Positions 47,865 to 57,125 of a DNA stretch of 64,000 nt are shown here, piece after piece; position 1 is the stretch's first letter; every line of letters begins with the position of its first letter. Both the position numbers and the translations under genes were made by a program. The stretch spans positions 69,882 to 133,881 of the forward strand of contig DCVE01000014.1 of NCBI GenBank assembly GCA_002328025.1, written 5' to 3'. The DNA is from Patescibacteria group bacterium UBA2196. Lineage in GTDB: Bacteria; Patescibacteriota; Patescibacteriia; UBA2196. The notes beneath the pieces are model-generated. The model was given only the letters and a program-made list of their open reading frames with translations, made no database searches and was not told the origin of the DNA.

Positions 47865-48035
47865 GTGGGCCCAATTTGTTTTGATGGATTGGTTTATTTA
47901 ATCCTAGCCATTGGCGCTGAACTTGGTGGTTGGCTAGTAAAATGGTACGGTTTTAATATGGTTTTCTTAATTATGGCCATCCTTTCTTTTTTAGCCGGAT
48001 TTTTTATTTTATTTTTACCTAGAAAGGTACTTTAA
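47865..48035 (+). pseudogene. relic of an MFS transporter C-terminus (last ~2 TM helices only)
   Basis: Reads (V)GPICFDGLVYLILAIGAELGGWLVKWYGFNMVFLIMAILSFLAGFFILFLPRKVL*, resembling MFS TM11-12. An in-frame stop lies immediately upstream (47850-47852). No N-terminal part is present. Confidence 0.35.
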
Positions 48036-48040
48036 TATAT

Positions 48041-50779
48041 ATGTCAATTTTAACTAAAATTTTTGGTGATGCCAATGAGCGCGTTATTAAAAATTTAAAA
48101 AATACAGTTTTAGTGGTTAATGATTTAGAGTCCAAGGTCAAACTTTTTAGTATTGATGATTTTAAAAATAAAACCATTCTTTACAAAAAAAAGCTAGCCG
48201 ATAAAACTTTTGCAGAACAACAAATAATTTTAAATGAAATTTTACCAGAAGCTTTTGCTTTGGTGCGTGAGGCAGCGCACAGAACTTTGGGACAACGCCA
48301 TTATGATGTCCAGCTTTTGGCCAGCATGGTTTTACACCAAGGTAATATAGCTGAAATGCGGACTGGTGAAGGTAAAACTTTGGCTGCTACGTCTGCGGTT
48401 TATTTAAATGCCTTAACTGGTCGTGGAGTGCATGTCATTACAGTTAATGACTATTTATCTCGTCGTGATGCTATCTGGATGGGACAAGTCTATAATTATT
48501 TAGGTCTGTCAACTGGGTGTTTAAACCATGAGACGGCTTTTTTATATGACAGCAATTATCATGAATTGGGTAATCTTGATAATGAACGTGATAATGTTGG
48601 TTCTTTTAAAATATTAGATAAATTTTTACGACCGGTGTCACGCCAAGAAGCCTATTTGGCTGATATAACTTATGGCACCAATAATGAATTTGGTTTTGAT
48701 TATTTGCGTGATAATATGGTGCAAAGTTTAAATGAAAAGGTGCAGCGCGAATTGCATTATGCCGTGGTGGATGAAGTGGATTCAATTTTAATTGATGAAG
48801 CGCGTACGCCTCTCATTATTTCCGCGCCCGACATGGAATCCACCGACAAATATCGTCAATTTGCTGAATTGGTTGAACGATTGCGGGAAAACGAAGATTA
48901 CAATATTGATGAAAAAATGAAGGCCTCAACCTTAACCGAAGCTGGAATTGCTAAAATGGAAAAATGGTTAAATGTTGAAAATATTTATACCGATCGTGGT
49001 GTGCGTGATGTACATCACATTGAGCAAGCATTGCGTGCTAAAGTTTTATTTAAAAAAGACAAAGATTATGTAATTAAAGATGGAGAAATTCTCATTGTTG
49101 ATGAATTTACTGGTCGACTTATGGTTGGACGTCGTTATTCAGATGGTTTGCATCAAGCCATTGAGGCCAAAGAAAACGTGGCAGTTAAACAAGAATCAGT
49201 TACCATGGCCACCATCACTTTTCAAAATTATTTTCGCATGTATCAAAAACTAGCCGGCATGACTGGTACGGCCGCGACCGAAGCTGAAGAGTTGTCCAAA
49301 ATTTATCAACTAGATGTGGTTGTGGTGCCAACCAATAAAAACATGATTCGTCATGATTTATCCGATGTTATTTTTAAAACTGAACAGGAAAAATACACAG
49401 CCATTGTTAAAGAAATTAAAACCCGACACAAGCTTGGTCAACCGCTTTTAGTAGGCACCATATCTATTCAAAATAATGAACATTTATCGCAACTTTTATC
49501 TTTGCAGGGCATTGAACATAAAGTTTTAAATGCCAAATTTCACGAACAAGAAGCTGAAATAATTGCTCAGGCTGGTCGCGAAAACGCAGTGACTATTGCC
49601 ACCAATATGGCTGGTCGTGGCGTGGATATTATTTTGGGTGGCAATCCGCCAGATACTGCTAGCCAGGAAGCTGTTAAAAAAACCGGCGGTTTACATGTTA
49701 TTGGTACTGAACGCCACGAATCACGTCGTATTGATAATCAATTACGTGGTCGTGCTGGACGCCAAGGTGATCCTGGTTCATCACAATTTTTTGTTTCCAT
49801 GGAAGATGATTTAATGCGTATTTTTGGTGGTGAAAAAATGAAAAATATGTTAAACACGCTGGGTTTACCAGATAATGAACCCATTGAAACAAAAATTATT
49901 TCCAGTGCTATTGAAAAAGCCCAAAGAAAAGTTGAAGGTCATAATTTTGATATCAGAAAACACCTAGTTGAATATGACGACGTAATCAACAAACACCGTG
50001 AAGTTATTTACAAAAAAAGAAATGAGATTTTGGCTGCCAACAACAGCGGTCAAGACATGCAAAACGTCATCTTAGATTTTTTACAAGCAGAGTTAGAAAC
50101 TGTGGTTAATTTTCATACACAAAACGAGGATGAAAATCAATGGAATCTTGATGAAATTTATGAAGTCGTGGATACTATTTTTCCAGCGCCACTCCCGGTG
50201 CGTATTAAAATTGAAGATATCAAAGACACGGCCGGTGACATAAAACAAGATTTTTTGGCTCGAGAGCAACTCGTTAACTATCTCTTTACTTTGGGTAAAG
50301 CTGCCTACCAAGACTTAGAAGAAAAAATAAATTCTGACGAAAAAATAAAAGCCCAGCTAGCCAGCGAACTGGAACCCATGCGCGCCGTGGAACGTGCTAT
50401 GTTATTACGTTCCATTGACACTTTGTGGGTTGAACACATTGACGCCATGGATCACATGCGTGAGGGTATTGGTTTAACCGGTTATGGCCAAAAAGATCCA
50501 TTGGTAGAATATAAAAAAGAAGCTCATCGTATGTTTTCTGAACTTATGGCTAATATCCGTAAACAGGTTGTTTATACAATTTTTAAAATTGGTTTTGTAA
50601 ATACTGGCAGTCAAACAACCTCTCAGACCAACCCCAGTTTAATAATTAAAAACCAGTCAGAAAGTACCTACATCGGTTCTGAAAAAGATAAATCCACTTA
50701 TAATAAAGAAAAAATTGGCCGCAATGATTTTTGTCCCTGCGGTAGTGGTTTAAAATTTAAAAAATGTCACGGGAAATAA
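48041..50779 (+). CDS. secA: preprotein translocase ATPase SecA
   Basis: DEAD-like motor motifs (MRTGEGKTL, ...VDEVDSILIDEART...), a preprotein cross-linking domain and the C-terminal zinc motif CPCGSGLKFKKCHG. Confidence 0.95.
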   Translation: MSILTKIFGDANERVIKNLKNTVLVVNDLESKVKLFSIDDFKNKTILYKKKLADKTFAEQQIILNEILPEAFALVREAAHRTLGQRHYDVQLLASMVLHQGNIAEMRTGEGKTLAATSAVYLNALTGRGVHVITVNDYLSRRDAIWMGQVYNYLGLSTGCLNHETAFLYDSNYHELGNLDNERDNVGSFKILDKFLRPVSRQEAYLADITYGTNNEFGFDYLRDNMVQSLNEKVQRELHYAVVDEVDSILIDEARTPLIISAPDMESTDKYRQFAELVERLRENEDYNIDEKMKASTLTEAGIAKMEKWLNVENIYTDRGVRDVHHIEQALRAKVLFKKDKDYVIKDGEILIVDEFTGRLMVGRRYSDGLHQAIEAKENVAVKQESVTMATITFQNYFRMYQKLAGMTGTAATEAEELSKIYQLDVVVVPTNKNMIRHDLSDVIFKTEQEKYTAIVKEIKTRHKLGQPLLVGTISIQNNEHLSQLLSLQGIEHKVLNAKFHEQEAEIIAQAGRENAVTIATNMAGRGVDIILGGNPPDTASQEAVKKTGGLHVIGTERHESRRIDNQLRGRAGRQGDPGSSQFFVSMEDDLMRIFGGEKMKNMLNTLGLPDNEPIETKIISSAIEKAQRKVEGHNFDIRKHLVEYDDVINKHREVIYKKRNEILAANNSGQDMQNVILDFLQAELETVVNFHTQNEDENQWNLDEIYEVVDTIFPAPLPVRIKIEDIKDTAGDIKQDFLAREQLVNYLFTLGKAAYQDLEEKINSDEKIKAQLASELEPMRAVERAMLLRSIDTLWVEHIDAMDHMREGIGLTGYGQKDPLVEYKKEAHRMFSELMANIRKQVVYTIFKIGFVNTGSQTTSQTNPSLIIKNQSESTYIGSEKDKSTYNKEKIGRNDFCPCGSGLKFKKCHGK

Positions 50780-50792
50780 ATATATAAATATT

Positions 50793-51212
50793 ATGACTAA
50801 GAATGATTTTTTTCAACAAGTCAGAGATTTGAATTTACCATTAGGCAAGTATGCAATATTTGGCAGTGCGCCAATGGTGGTTAGAGGATTAAAAGAATAT
50901 CGTGACATAGATATGGTTGTTTCTGAAGATATTTGGGAAGAACTTAGTAAAAAAGGCTGGCCTATTAAATATTCTGAATTTGGCAATCCATTTCTTTGTT
51001 ATAAAGAAATGGAAATAGGCAAAGATTTTTGGCAGCCTGGCGTCTGGAATATGAGAGAATTAATTAATGAGGCAGATGTTATTGAAGGCTTGCCATTTGT
51101 TAAATTAGAGAGAGTGTTGGAATATAAAAAAATGCTTGGCAGAGAAAAAGATTTGGAAGATGTAAAAAAAATAGAAAATTTTTTACAAGCGCAGAATTTA
51201 ATTAATAAATAA
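50793..51212 (+). CDS. small Pol-beta-superfamily nucleotidyltransferase (Lnu/ANT-like)
   Basis: hG[GS]x(9-13)DhDh signature: AIFGSAPMVVRGLKEYRDIDMVV. Size and motif recall lincosamide/aminoglycoside nucleotidyltransferases. Confidence 0.4.
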   Translation: MTKNDFFQQVRDLNLPLGKYAIFGSAPMVVRGLKEYRDIDMVVSEDIWEELSKKGWPIKYSEFGNPFLCYKEMEIGKDFWQPGVWNMRELINEADVIEGLPFVKLERVLEYKKMLGREKDLEDVKKIENFLQAQNLINK

Positions 51213-51232
51213 AAAGCCTGCTAGGCAGGCTT
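51203..51232 (-). terminator. hairpin terminator oriented for the minus strand
   Basis: Stem aagcctgc / gcaggctt (8 bp, 3-nt loop). The T-run (TTTTTATTTATT) is on the minus strand only. Confidence 0.4.
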
Positions 51233-51340
51233 AAGCGGGTGGTGGAACATTTTAAATCAATCCCAACCTTTGGGCAGCGACTTCCCATTCCCGCGGTGTC
51301 GGTTTAGACTTTTTTGCCATAATTCCTCCACATTAATGGG

Positions 51341-51469
51341 ATGGAATTTAGAGTAATCTCAATTGATACTCCAATTGCAAAAAGCCTGCTTGGAAAAAAA
51401 GTTTATGAGGACGTAGAAATTAAAATTCCGAGCAGTAATTATTTTGTTAAAATTATTGAAATTAATTAA
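51341..51469 (+). pseudogene. GreA/GreB C-terminal (FKBP-like) domain fragment
   Basis: MEFRVISIDTPIAKSLLGKKVYEDVEIKIPSSNYFVKIIEIN parallels the intact greA C-terminus in this window (ESPLGKAFLGHKVGETITVSLPKGVIEYEIVEIK). There is no N-terminal coiled-coil region. Confidence 0.35.
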
Positions 51470-51473
51470 TTTT

Positions 51474-52252
51474 ATGATGAATATTGTTTTATTAGGTACT
51501 GGTGCGGCTTATCCAGACGCAGATAGAAATGCGCCGGCTTTTGTATTACAGCATGAAAATGAAAATTATTTAATTGATTGTGGGGGGGTGTTGTTCATCA
51601 GTTAATGAAATATGGTATTCATCCATCAAAACTAAAGTATATTTTTTTAACCCATATCCACATTGATCACTGTGTTGAATTACCCGCATTGATTTTTGGA
51701 GCATATCTTACAGGTAAGGAGGGTGAATTTTGTGTCTTCGGTCCGCAAGGGATAAAACACCTTACCGATAGTATTTTTGATACAACTTATGATTTTGCGA
51801 GAGAAATGATGTTTAAATTAAGAAAAAAGACAATTGACATCAACGCAACAACAATTGACAAGGGCGAGATATTAAAAAATAATGGTTTGGTGATTGAGAC
51901 AATTCCCGTAGAACATGGTTTTCCAACCAATGCCTTTGTTTTTAAAGCTGATGGAAAGAAGATTGTTTTTAGTGGAGACACGGCACCTTGTAAGAATATA
52001 ATTGATATTTCTACTGACGCTGATTTGCTAGTTATTGAGTGTTCTTTTCCAGAAGAATTTGGTCCAATACCAGGACACTTAATTCCCTCACAGGTGGCTC
52101 AAATAGCGCAAGAAGCGCAGGCTAAAAAGATTATTTTAGTTCACTTATTTCCAATGTGTAAGGGGAAGGAGATTGAAATTTTAGAAGAAATTAAAAAAAT
52201 ATATTCTGGTGATGTTCAAATAGAATATGATCTACAAGAAATTAAAGTATAA
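51474..52252 (+). pseudogene. MBL-fold metallo-hydrolase (RNase Z/beta-lactamase-like) disrupted by a frameshift in a G7 run
   Basis: Frame 0 gives MMNIVLLGTGAAYPDADRNAPAFVLQHENENYLIDCGG then stops at 51603-51605. The other frame continues from the G-run: GVVHQLMKYGIHPSKLKYIFLTHIHIDHC... (HxHxDH metal motif). G7 is at 51582-51588. Five or eight Gs would restore one ORF. Confidence 0.6.
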
Positions 52253-52305
52253 CCGCTAACTATTGTATATTAGCCAAGCTTTAAAAAAACAGGTAAAATA
52301 AAGGC

Positions 52306-52848
52306 ATGAATAATAATAAAAAAATTCTAGTTTTTCCCGGTGCGTTTCAGGTAGCGAATAAATACGGAGACTATGAAGGTGTAGACATTTGGTTAAAAGC
52401 AAACTCTGAACAAGAAATTCCCGCCGGTGATTATTTGATTGGGCATAGTTTAGGCGCCAGTTTTGCCCTTGCGCATTATAATTCTAATCAAAATTGTAAA
52501 TTTATTTTAATCAATCCTTTGGTTAAAAAAAGAAGTGCTCTAATTTTTTGGCGCTGGCTTAAATTTATTATTTTTGAAAGAATAAAGACAGAAAAAATAA
52601 TTCCGAAAAGTGATTGGTTATATGCATTCAAAAAAGCAATTAAATTACTTAATGTTGATATATTAAATGTTATTCAAAAAATACCTAAAGAAAATTTAAT
52701 TATTATTAGAGGCAAGCAAGATATTTTTTTCTGCGATAGCGAAGCAGTAAAAGTTATTCAAGAAAATAATATTGCCTTAGTTGAAGTAGAAGCAGGGCAC
52801 GATTGGAATGATAAAATTGCCAACACCGTTAAAGAAATAATAAAATAA
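52306..52848 (+). CDS. alpha/beta-fold serine hydrolase (esterase-like)
   Basis: GxSxG nucleophile elbow LIGHSLGASFAL. A late His (GHDW) is a candidate triad residue. Confidence 0.5.
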   Translation: MNNNKKILVFPGAFQVANKYGDYEGVDIWLKANSEQEIPAGDYLIGHSLGASFALAHYNSNQNCKFILINPLVKKRSALIFWRWLKFIIFERIKTEKIIPKSDWLYAFKKAIKLLNVDILNVIQKIPKENLIIIRGKQDIFFCDSEAVKVIQENNIALVEVEAGHDWNDKIANTVKEIIK

Positions 52849-52859
52849 AAAATAATATT

Positions 52860-53435
52860 ATGAAAAAGATAAAAATTCCAGTTGAAGTTTCTGCGCGTCA
52901 CATACACTTGAGTCAAAAAGATTTGGATAAACTTTTTGGTAAAAATTATACTTTACATAAATTAAAAGATTTATCGCAGGTGGGGGATTTTGCTGCTAAA
53001 GAAAAAGTTGCCTTGGTTAAAACAAACACATGCGTGCATGGTTTAAGAATTGTTGGGCCAACGCGGACTGAAAGCCAAATTGAACTATCTTTTACCGATG
53101 CTGTGCATTTAGGAATAGATGCTCCAGTGGTGTTATCTGGCAAACTGGAAAATGTAAAAACTTTTTTGGAAGTTAAGGGACCCAAAGGAAAAACCAAAGT
53201 TAAGGTTATCGTGCCTGAACGTCATTTGCATTGTTCACCACAAGAAGCTAAAAAATATAATCTTAAAAATGGACAAAAGGTTGGTGTAGAAATTATTGGT
53301 AATAGGGGATTGATTTTTAATAATATAAATGTACGAATTGGTGCCGATTTTAAAATGGCTTGTCATCTTGATACCGACGAAGCCAATGCCTGCGGATTAA
53401 ATAAAGTTTGTGGTGTGGGGATGTTAATTTTATAA
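52860..53435 (+). CDS. pduL: PduL-type phosphate acyltransferase (phosphotransacetylase)
   Basis: Two PduL repeats, each with the RH(I/L)H signature (VSARHIHLS..., PERHLHCS...). Directly upstream of acetate kinase. Confidence 0.7.
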   Translation: MKKIKIPVEVSARHIHLSQKDLDKLFGKNYTLHKLKDLSQVGDFAAKEKVALVKTNTCVHGLRIVGPTRTESQIELSFTDAVHLGIDAPVVLSGKLENVKTFLEVKGPKGKTKVKVIVPERHLHCSPQEAKKYNLKNGQKVGVEIIGNRGLIFNNINVRIGADFKMACHLDTDEANACGLNKVCGVGMLIL

Positions 53436-53453
53436 AATAAAATTATAAATTTT

Positions 53454-54536
53454 ATGTCCACAATTTTAATTTTAAATATCGGTTCCACTTCATTTAAATA
53501 CGAATTTTTTAATACAAAAAATTTAGACTCCCTTCACAAAGGCGAGTTTAAAATTTTAGAACACAAAAAAGATGACTTAGAAGAAAACATTAAACATCTT
53601 TTTCGTAATATGGTTAGAGAAATTGGTAATCTTGATGAATTAGTCGCCATTGGACACCGTGTCGTACACGGTGGTGAAAAATTTAAAGCTACCCGTCAAA
53701 TAACAGCTCAGGAGATTTTTGAATTAGAACAATCCAACGGTTTGGCTCCTCTACATAATCCATACAATTTGGCTGGTATCAAGGCGGCTTTAGAATATTT
53801 TCCAGCCGTTGCTAATTATGCTGTTTTTGATACAGCTTTCTTTAGTGCTCTACCAACTGCGGCTAAAACCTATCCCATTCCATATCAATATTATGAAGAA
53901 TTTGGCATCAAAAAATATGGCTTTCACGGAATTTCGCATCGCTATGCTTTAGAAGAAACAGCGCGTTTAATTAAAAAACCAATCACAGAGATTAACGTTA
54001 TTACCGTGCATTTGGGTGGTGGCTGTTCCGTAACTGCCGTGCGCCAAGGTCAACCCATTGATACTTCCATGGGCTACACTCCGCTTGAAGGTTTGATGAT
54101 GCAAACCAGAAGTGGAGATCTTGATCCTGGTGTCATAATGCAAATACTTACCAACTTATCGGTTACACACACCACCACACCTTCGCTATTAGAAAAATTA
54201 AACCAAATTTTAAATTTTGAATCAGGCTTAAAAGGCATCGCTGGAAAAAGTGATTATTTAGAACTTTTACAGGCCATGGAATGGGGTGAAGAAAAAGCAG
54301 TTCTGGCTTTTGAAATGTTTACTAATCGTATTAAAAAATATATTGGTGCCTATTTATTTTTGCTTGATCGTGTCGACGCCATAACCTTTACAGGAAAAAT
54401 TGGAGCTGGTAATCCTGTGACGCGCAAGAAAATTTGTGCTAAAATGAATTTGTTAAAAAACATTCCTATTTTGAGCGTTGAAACACACGAAGAGTTAGCC
54501 ATAGCTAGGGAAGTAAAAACGGTTTTAAATTTTTAA
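53454..54536 (+). CDS. ackA: acetate (propionate) kinase
   Basis: ASKHA N-terminus ILILNIGSTSFKYEFF, ...GHRVVHGGEKF and ...YGFHGISHRY. Confidence 0.85.
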   Translation: MSTILILNIGSTSFKYEFFNTKNLDSLHKGEFKILEHKKDDLEENIKHLFRNMVREIGNLDELVAIGHRVVHGGEKFKATRQITAQEIFELEQSNGLAPLHNPYNLAGIKAALEYFPAVANYAVFDTAFFSALPTAAKTYPIPYQYYEEFGIKKYGFHGISHRYALEETARLIKKPITEINVITVHLGGGCSVTAVRQGQPIDTSMGYTPLEGLMMQTRSGDLDPGVIMQILTNLSVTHTTTPSLLEKLNQILNFESGLKGIAGKSDYLELLQAMEWGEEKAVLAFEMFTNRIKKYIGAYLFLLDRVDAITFTGKIGAGNPVTRKKICAKMNLLKNIPILSVETHEELAIAREVKTVLNF

Positions 54537-54539
54537 TTT

Positions 54540-56279
54540 ATGGATAAATTGACTATAAAAATAGTTGGTCCGGCCGGCTTTGGTATAAAAGTCACTGGCA
54601 TGATGTTGGCCAAATACTTTTTAAGAAGTGACTGTTTTGTATTTGCCTATACCGAATATCCATCTTTAATTCGTGGTGGTCACAACACCTTTCAAGTTGA
54701 TATAGCAAAAAAAGAAATCAATTCCGCGGCTGAAAAATGCAATGTCTTAATTGCTTTAAACAAAGACAGTTTAATTCAAGAATTAAAAAATATTAATACC
54801 AATGCTTTGGTTATTTATGATGAACAAATAGAAAATAATTTTTCTTTACCAAAAAATATAAATCTTTTACCAGCCCCTTTAATGGAAATTGCCAAAAACA
54901 ATGGCGGCGATTTAATGAAAAACACAGTTGCTTTAGGAGTTCTATTAGGAGCTTTGGATTTATCTTTGGAGGTTTTGAATAAAATTTTAGCCGAAACATT
55001 TGGACACAAGGGTTCAATGGCAGAACAAAACAAAAAAGCTCTTCAGACTGGTTTTGAGTGGATAAAAAATAAGCAAATTAGTTCAAAAAACATTATACAA
55101 TTTACAGGGCTAATAAATAGCCAAGGTCCCAAACAAGATAATATGTTTATCTCTGGCAATCAAGCCTGTGCTTTGGGGGCCATAGCCGCTGATTGTCAGC
55201 TTTATTCAGCCTATCCCATGACCCCAGCCAGTGAAATTTTGCATTATTTGGTCTCTAAACAGCAGGAAAGCGGTATGTTGGTCCATCAGCCAGAAGATGA
55301 AATTGCAGCCGTCCACGTGGCTCTGGGAGCCTCATTTGCGGGTATTAGGGCTGCCTGTGGCACTTCTGGCGGCGGTTTTGCTCTTATGAACGAAGGTTTA
55401 TCACTTTCTGGTATGTTAGAGTTGCCACTGGTAATTTTTGAAGTCATGCGTCCAGCTCCAGCGACTGGTTTGCCTACCTGGACTGAACAGGGCGATTTAA
55501 TGTATGTGGTTCATGGTGGTCATGGCGATTTTCCGCGTCTTGTATTGGCGCCCGGAAATCCATCCGAGTGTTTTTCATTAACTCAGCAAGCTTTTAATCT
55601 GGCTGATAAATATCAAATTCCAGCCATTGTTTTGTTTGATAAATTTTTAGCCGAATCAACTTATACAGTTGAAAAAAATATATTTTCTAAAATAAAAAAG
55701 AAATCGCGCGGAAAAATTTTAATGCTAAATCAAAAACAACTAACTGAAAATAAAACTTTATTTGCGCGTTATAAAAACGAAAAAGACGGGGTTTCGTTGC
55801 GTCCTATCCCCGGAATTTTAAATGGAGAATACGTTGCCAATTCTGATGAGCATGATGAGTTTGGTCTAACTAATGAATCAGCCATTAGCCGAACTGAGCA
55901 GATGAAAAAAAGAATGTGTAAGATGACTAATTTAAAAAAAGAAATTCCTTTACCAAAAATTTATGGCCCTAAAAAAGCCCCTGTCACTCTGGTTTGTTGG
56001 GGTTCAACGTTAGGCCCGGCTTTGGATGCTATGTATGAAATTAATAAAGCCAAAACACAAATAAATTTAATTCATTTTAGTTATCTTTGGCCACTGCCTT
56101 TGGGTTTGGATAAATTTTTAAAACAATTTAAAAAATTAATTTTAGTAGAAAATAATTTTTCTGCCCAACTTGGTAATCTTATTCGTCAAGAAACCGGCAT
56201 TGAAATAAAAGATAAAATTTTAAAATACGACGGTCGTCCCTTTTGGCAAGAAGAAATAATAAAAGCCATAAAAAAATAA
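54540..56279 (+). CDS. 2-oxoacid:ferredoxin oxidoreductase, fused gamma-alpha subunit (pyruvate/2-oxoglutarate type)
   Basis: N-terminal gamma-like domain (IKIVGPAGFGIKVTGMML) fused to the alpha subunit core (...SAYPMTPASEI..., domains I-II). Confidence 0.75.
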   Translation: MDKLTIKIVGPAGFGIKVTGMMLAKYFLRSDCFVFAYTEYPSLIRGGHNTFQVDIAKKEINSAAEKCNVLIALNKDSLIQELKNINTNALVIYDEQIENNFSLPKNINLLPAPLMEIAKNNGGDLMKNTVALGVLLGALDLSLEVLNKILAETFGHKGSMAEQNKKALQTGFEWIKNKQISSKNIIQFTGLINSQGPKQDNMFISGNQACALGAIAADCQLYSAYPMTPASEILHYLVSKQQESGMLVHQPEDEIAAVHVALGASFAGIRAACGTSGGGFALMNEGLSLSGMLELPLVIFEVMRPAPATGLPTWTEQGDLMYVVHGGHGDFPRLVLAPGNPSECFSLTQQAFNLADKYQIPAIVLFDKFLAESTYTVEKNIFSKIKKKSRGKILMLNQKQLTENKTLFARYKNEKDGVSLRPIPGILNGEYVANSDEHDEFGLTNESAISRTEQMKKRMCKMTNLKKEIPLPKIYGPKKAPVTLVCWGSTLGPALDAMYEINKAKTQINLIHFSYLWPLPLGLDKFLKQFKKLILVENNFSAQLGNLIRQETGIEIKDKILKYDGRPFWQEEIIKAIKK

Positions 56280-56282
56280 ATT

Positions 56283-57125
56283 ATGTCAGATTCAAATAAA
56301 ATTACTCTCGCATCTTTTAATACCAACTACCAACCCACTTGGTGCCCGGGTTGTGGTGATTTTGGTATTTGGACAGCTTTAAAAATGGCTTTGGTTGATT
56401 TACAAATTCCAACTCACCAGTTAGCCATTGTCTATGGCATCGGCTGTGGTGGTAATATGGCTTCAACTATAAAATGTTATGGTTTTCATTCTTTGCACGG
56501 TCGAACACTGCCGGTTGCTTTGGGAATCAAATTGGCTAATAAAAATTTAACAGTCATCGCCATTACTGGTGATGGAGATCAATACAGTGAAGGCACCAAT
56601 CACTTAATTCATTTGGCGCGTTATAATGCCAATCTAACTTTAATTGTTTGCAATAATCAACTTTTTTCTTTAACCACCGGTCAAACCTCGCCAACCTCTG
56701 ATCAAGGAATTATTTCCAAAACAACCCCCAAAGGCGAGGTAAAACAACCCCTCAATCCTTTGGCCTTATCATTAATTTCTGGCGCCACTTTTGTGGCACG
56801 TGGTGCGGCTTTTGAAATTCAACAATTAAAAGAATTGATTAAAAAAGCCATCATGCATCAGGGTTTTGCTCATCTTGACGTTCTACAACAGTGTGTAACT
56901 TTTAATAAAATTAATACTGTTGATTGGTATAAAGAAAAAATATATTCTTTGGAACAAGCCAAACACCCAACAAGTGATTTTAAAATGGCTATAGAAAAAA
57001 GCCAAGAACACGCAAAGTTACCACTTGGAATTTTTTATCAAACACAAAAGCCAACTTACGAAAAAGAGATAACTAACGTACCAATAGTTTTTGATTTTAA
57101 AAAAGCACTGGCTGAATTTATTTAA
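56283..57125 (+). CDS. 2-oxoacid:ferredoxin oxidoreductase beta subunit (TPP-binding)
   Basis: The N-terminal Cys (TWCPGCGDFGI) and TPP motif (GDGD...N) are typical of KorB/PorB-like subunits. Confidence 0.75.
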   Translation: MSDSNKITLASFNTNYQPTWCPGCGDFGIWTALKMALVDLQIPTHQLAIVYGIGCGGNMASTIKCYGFHSLHGRTLPVALGIKLANKNLTVIAITGDGDQYSEGTNHLIHLARYNANLTLIVCNNQLFSLTTGQTSPTSDQGIISKTTPKGEVKQPLNPLALSLISGATFVARGAAFEIQQLKELIKKAIMHQGFAHLDVLQQCVTFNKINTVDWYKEKIYSLEQAKHPTSDFKMAIEKSQEHAKLPLGIFYQTQKPTYEKEITNVPIVFDFKKALAEFI

